From the NCBI GenBank assembly GCA_001643675.2, contig LSRY02000036.1:992001-1056000 (forward strand): a DNA stretch of 64,000 nucleotides. Direction: 5' to 3'. A program made the translations under genes and the position numbers. Below, in pieces: positions 59,742-64,000 of the stretch (position 1 is the first letter of the stretch; each line of letters starts with the position of its first letter). Origin of the DNA: Monocercomonoides exilis PA203 (taxonomy: Eukaryota > Protista > Preaxostyla). Below the pieces are notes generated by a model. The model was not told where the DNA came from. It saw only the letters and a program-made list of their open reading frames with translations, and did not search any database.

Positions 59742-61199
59742 TATTTGGCCCTGTGATTATATGCGATCGAAAATGAATGAAAAATAGGCGAAATATGTTG
59801 ATGCATCGAAAAATGAGACTAAACGAATGTGATTATATTCGACGTGATTATATTTTGTGAAGACAGTACATATGTCTAAATTTTTTTGAAAAGTGACAAC
59901 AGATCAAAAATATAACCCATCGTCATTAAATAATTTTCATTCCGTTTCCATTATTCAAATGATAATAAGGCATAGGTTCAAACGCGTTCCTTTTGCAATT
60001 CGCGTTTTTAAACCCTCAAATTATAACGAATTAATAGATAATAATTATTTAAAAACTTTTTATGGACCGATTTTTCGAAAAAAATTTTTCTTGTTGAAAA
60101 AAATGATTTTTGAAAAATGACCCATAAAAACATGAATTTCATAAATAATTATTCAAATTTTAAAGAAAACGTGATTTTTTCGCATCAGAAGTGTTTGCAT
60201 TGTTATGTAAACTTATTTTATTTGTTAATTTTCATCATTAACAATATAAATCATAAATAAAAAATTAAATTAAATATCTTTGATCTAACCCACAATAAAA
60301 TTTTTTATGTCTGGAAAAGTTGAATATGCTGTTTTAGATGAAATCGAACTCAATAGTTTGCCATCATTTCATTTTTATATATAAAATTTAACATATTATA
60401 ATATGCGCACTTGCTTTATATTGAAAACAGCTTTTAATCACAGTCACATTAAGGTGTTCCTTTTTGCTTGAATATTTGAAACCACCTAATATTAGTTCAT
60501 TTACGTACGTAAAGGAACGAAAAAAGTTATAAGTGAGTCTTTAAATAACAATATTATTTATTATGCTTTTATATTTCATATATTTTATTGTTCTTTATTA
60601 TTTCTGTGTTTTTTTGTATTAGATACGATTATAACATAGTTAAATGAATCGCTTTCGCACATACATACTTCAACTGCCCAAAAAATTTCAACGTTGATTT
60701 ATAAAAACAATGAATTGAATACAAGTTTGGGCGAGATATTATCTGATTGACAGACGAGTTGAGTAAAAATTCAAAGAGGACATGAAAAGCACTCTTTTTT
60801 TAATTATTTTAAAATTATTGTTATTTAGCGAAACTTCGTCTGTCATGTTCAGTTTTGAAAATGTTAAAAATAAAAAAATAATGGGTGCGATCATGAGCTG
60901 ATATTGTTCCGGTGAGATATTTATTTATAGAGTTCGCAAATGCTGATGAACCCTGTTGTTTGCATATTTAACTTTTATATTTTCTTTAATAAATTATGCG
61001 AAAACACAAAATTCTTCTTTTTAGTGGATGAATCGCAAATCCTTTCAAAAAAGTTTTCGCTTGGGTTCTGCGCTGGAGAAGAAATCAGTTTGCATGAAGT
61101 GGATTTTCGAATAATCATAAAATTGATGGTTTGTACTGAGCGGATTATTTAAATGTTTGTTATTATCATTTTTTATTGTATCAACAATACTTTTGAAAC

Positions 61200-62011
61200 A
61201 AAGCATTGCACTTTGATGAATGGAAATAGAAAATCGAAGTACTGAACAAATTGACAGAAACAATATATGAATATGGATTTGTTTTTTTTTTTCCACAGAA
61301 GAATTGTTCGGTAAAATACATAAAATGATTGAAGAAGAGAAAATGACGTTGGGAAATGCTATTCTGCTACTGAAGCGTATTGGGCTTTGCAAAGTGTTGA
61401 AAGGATTTTTTTTATTTCTTTTTTTGATAATTCATTGATGCCAAAAGATTTGAGAAGATAATTACTGACGAAAATGAGAAGAAAGAAGAAAAGAATGAAA
61501 AACTTTTAGCTGATCTTTCGAATTCCTCGTTTTTCTATTCATTGGATTACCATCTAAATTATTTTCAATTGACAAGATCTTCCTTATGAAAGCTGCATCG
61601 AACAAAGAGGAAAGCTATAAAGTTCAGAAAGACGTGGAAGTTGCATTAACAGAATTGAAATGAATGGAGCTTATGTATGAGCATTTCTGTTTCATTTTTA
61701 TTATGTTTGCTTTTTTTTTCCTTATTTCTGATTAGGAAGTGAAACAAGAAGAATATTTGAAGGAAATAACAGAAATCATCAAACATCAGCAGAAACACAG
61801 AAATCTCACAAAACTTGCCTATCAGTCTGCTTGGCAATTTTTTATATGCAGATTTTACAACAATGGATTGTTGGAAGATACAATTGCTAATGAGATGCAT
61901 TTTGGAAGAGAAGCATCAAGAAAATTGGAAGAGCCGAAAAGAAATGCGGATTGGAAGAGATGATAATAAGAAATGGAAAGAGCAAAATGAAATAATCATC
62001 AGTAGTGGCTG
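61200..62011 (+). pseudogene. Helical multigene family, copy 3 (strongly decayed, 3'-truncated)
   Basis: EIIKHQQKHRNLTKLAYQSAWQF motif with the same intron position (gtatgagc..ctgattag). Homology stops at about 62011. Confidence 0.8.
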
Positions 62012-62050
62012 ATAAAAAGAAGGAAGCAGCGGAAGCAGCAGAAATTAGGT

Positions 62051-62462
62051 ATGAAGCAAGAGAAATGGCAGACAAAGAGAATGAAGCAAGAGAAATGGCA
62101 GACAAAGAGAATGAAGCAAGAGAAATGGCAGACAAAGAGAATGAAGCAAGAGAAATGGCAGACAAAGAGAATGAAGCAAGAGAAATGGCAGACAAAGAGA
62201 ATGAAGCAAGAGAAATGGCAGACAAAGAGAATGAAGCAAGAGAAATGGCAGACAAAGAGAATGAAGCAAGAGAAATGGCAGACAAAGAGAATGAAGCAAG
62301 AGAAATGGCAGACAAAGAGAATGAAGCAAGAGAAATGGCAGACAAAGAGAATGAAGCAAGAGAAATGGCAGACAAAGAGAATGAAGCAAGAGAAATGGCA
62401 GACAAAGAGAATGAAGCAAGAGAAATGGCAGACAAAGAGAATGAAGCAAGAGAAATGGCAGA
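62051..62462 (+). repeat. Perfect 30-bp tandem array, about 13.7 copies of ATGAAGCAAGAGAAATGGCAGACAAAGAGA
   Basis: Identical units; one frame translates as (MADKENEARE)13. Confidence 0.97.
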
Positions 62463-62814
62463 AATTGACTAAAAGCATGTATATGATCATTTTTTTTTTA
62501 TATTTTATTTTTTTAGTGATATTAATTGTTATATCAATTCTTTAACTGTTAATTTAAGTTTAATACCACTTTGATGACATTGAAATTATATTTTAAAATT
62601 TCTTATTTATCGATTATATTTTTTTTGTGCATTTTTTAATGACATCGACTTTGTTGATTATTGTTGTGTGGAACAATTTGTTTATTTTTTATTTTTTTAT
62701 GCTAAGATTGCAGTACTCGCATGTTAATGGATCTCTCTTTTTGTATTTTTATCAATTTCTATTTTTATAAAATGAAACATTTATTTCTTAACAAATATGA
62801 AACTTTATTTGTTC

Positions 62815-63702
62815 TTAAAAATCTGTGTTGACAAAGATATGCAAAAATTTAATAAACGAATTGCAAGGGCTTCTTTTAAATGTGAAAACATTTAAGTAAT
62901 CTTGCATATATTTTTGTCGAACTCCATACGGAGGAAGATACTTTCTGAGAAGGCTCCAAGTGCTTTCAATTCTTTGAGTGTGCGCTTTTGTAATAGGATC
63001 CACAAATCTTTTTTTGTGGTTGACAGTAAAATGAATGTAGCCTGCTCCATTCAAATTGTTGTAGCCTCTCCAACAATCAGTGAATATTTTTGTTTTTTCC
63101 ATGACATGATTTTTTATTGTTTGATGTAAAACTTCTCTAGATCTTTTGATAACAGGCAACAAAAAAAGTTTGGATTTTTGACCTTTCTGTTTGGGCCTTT
63201 CAATTCCTCCTATTATCCAATTTTGCCTTTTTGTCCTTCCTTTGTTGTACTTTCTTTTTGGAAATATTGCTTCGTCTATTTCAACTTCAGTTCCTTTTCC
63301 TCCAATTATTCGTGGATTTTCCTGATAAAATTTCGAAATGCATTTCCGAAAAGAATTATACACGTGCATCACAGAGGTGCTTGATTTTCCGCATATAAAA
63401 CTGCAATGTGTTTGAGAAATCCCAACCCAAAAACAAAGAGCCATTAAACATATGTCACGAATTTTATATCTAAATCTTTCAAAATTTGTGTTGTTTGAAA
63501 TTTTGACTTGTTTGTGCTTGCAACGAAAGCGGCTTGTTTCATTTTCGTAAATGTACATTTTCATGTTTTTTTGACATTTCCAGCAATAACGATCTTTATC
63601 CAGCACGTTGCACTCAATCAACCACTGAACAGTTTCTTTTTCAGATCTGAATATTTTAAACAATTTTTTGAATTGCTTTTGGCTTTCTGTTTTCGTTGGC
63701 AT
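62815..63702 (-). CDS. Merlin / IS1595 (ISXO2-like) DDE transposase, intact ORF
   Basis: N-terminal Zn-ribbon CWKC..C.H; VEIDEA, KRKYNKGR, WIIGGIER, IFTDCWRGY and HFTVNHKKRFVDPITKAHTQRIESTW. No TIRs found within the window. Confidence 0.93.
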   Translation of the reverse strand: MPTKTESQKQFKKLFKIFRSEKETVQWLIECNVLDKDRYCWKCQKNMKMYIYENETSRFRCKHKQVKISNNTNFERFRYKIRDICLMALCFWVGISQTHCSFICGKSSTSVMHVYNSFRKCISKFYQENPRIIGGKGTEVEIDEAIFPKRKYNKGRTKRQNWIIGGIERPKQKGQKSKLFLLPVIKRSREVLHQTIKNHVMEKTKIFTDCWRGYNNLNGAGYIHFTVNHKKRFVDPITKAHTQRIESTWSLLRKYLPPYGVRQKYMQDYLNVFTFKRSPCNSFIKFLHIFVNTDF

Positions 63703-64000
63703 TTTATTTTCAAAAATTGTTTAAAAATTTGTTCAATAATTATTTTTTTTGATCGATCAGAATAAACTTAAATGTTAATCATTTGTATAGATATAAATTG
63801 CAAATTTCGATGAATTGTCAAAAAATTCACCACAATACGAAAAAACAGATCAAACAAATTTCAACATTATTCGATGTGTTACAAATCAAAAATTTGTTTA
63901 TTCAAACAAGGAGTATGAAAAATTAAAACATTCATTAATATGTAAAAAACATAATATAAAATAATAATACATTCATAAATAAAAAAAATTATAAAAATCA

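Noticed and set aside
60500-60513. Perfect short palindrome TTTACGTACGTAAA
   Set aside because: Too short and isolated to distinguish from chance.
62051-62462. CRISPR array
   Set aside because: Units are contiguous and identical with no unique spacers, there are no cas genes, and the context is eukaryotic.
1-64000. tRNA or rRNA genes
   Set aside because: None recognised by eye.

Overview
AT-rich, intron-containing eukaryotic DNA with Ser/Glu-rich low-complexity proteins and the standard genetic code. It most resembles an oxymonad (Monocercomonoides-like) genome, which is an inference from gene style. 0.6-16 kb is a compact block of conserved spliced genes: ELP2, HPS4 (BLOC-3), a CINP-like gene, p31comet/MAD2L1BP and NOP9. 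Next comes a head-to-head pair, a membrane-anchored cathepsin-B-like pseudoprotease and a beta-helix-type surface protein. 20.8-31 kb is transposon-rich. It holds a 1.5-kb near-perfect foldback palindrome and a 2-kb degenerate pogo-type DDE element. Both end GGGT...ACCC, both are flanked by TA, and both sit at the same TA in the third unit of a 21-bp tandem array. This is the best candidate for an undescribed system (target-specific Tc1/mariner-superfamily insertion, or a 10-kb composite element). 31-43 kb has an intact cathepsin B, a large helical-repeat gene, a SPRY-domain gene and an amino-acid transporter. 43-64 kb is mostly decayed multigene-family copies. It also holds a duplicated-module surface protein, an 8-bp-TSD MITE, a perfect 30-bp tandem array and an intact Merlin/IS1595-type transposase. 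Exon boundaries were read by eye and are approximate.
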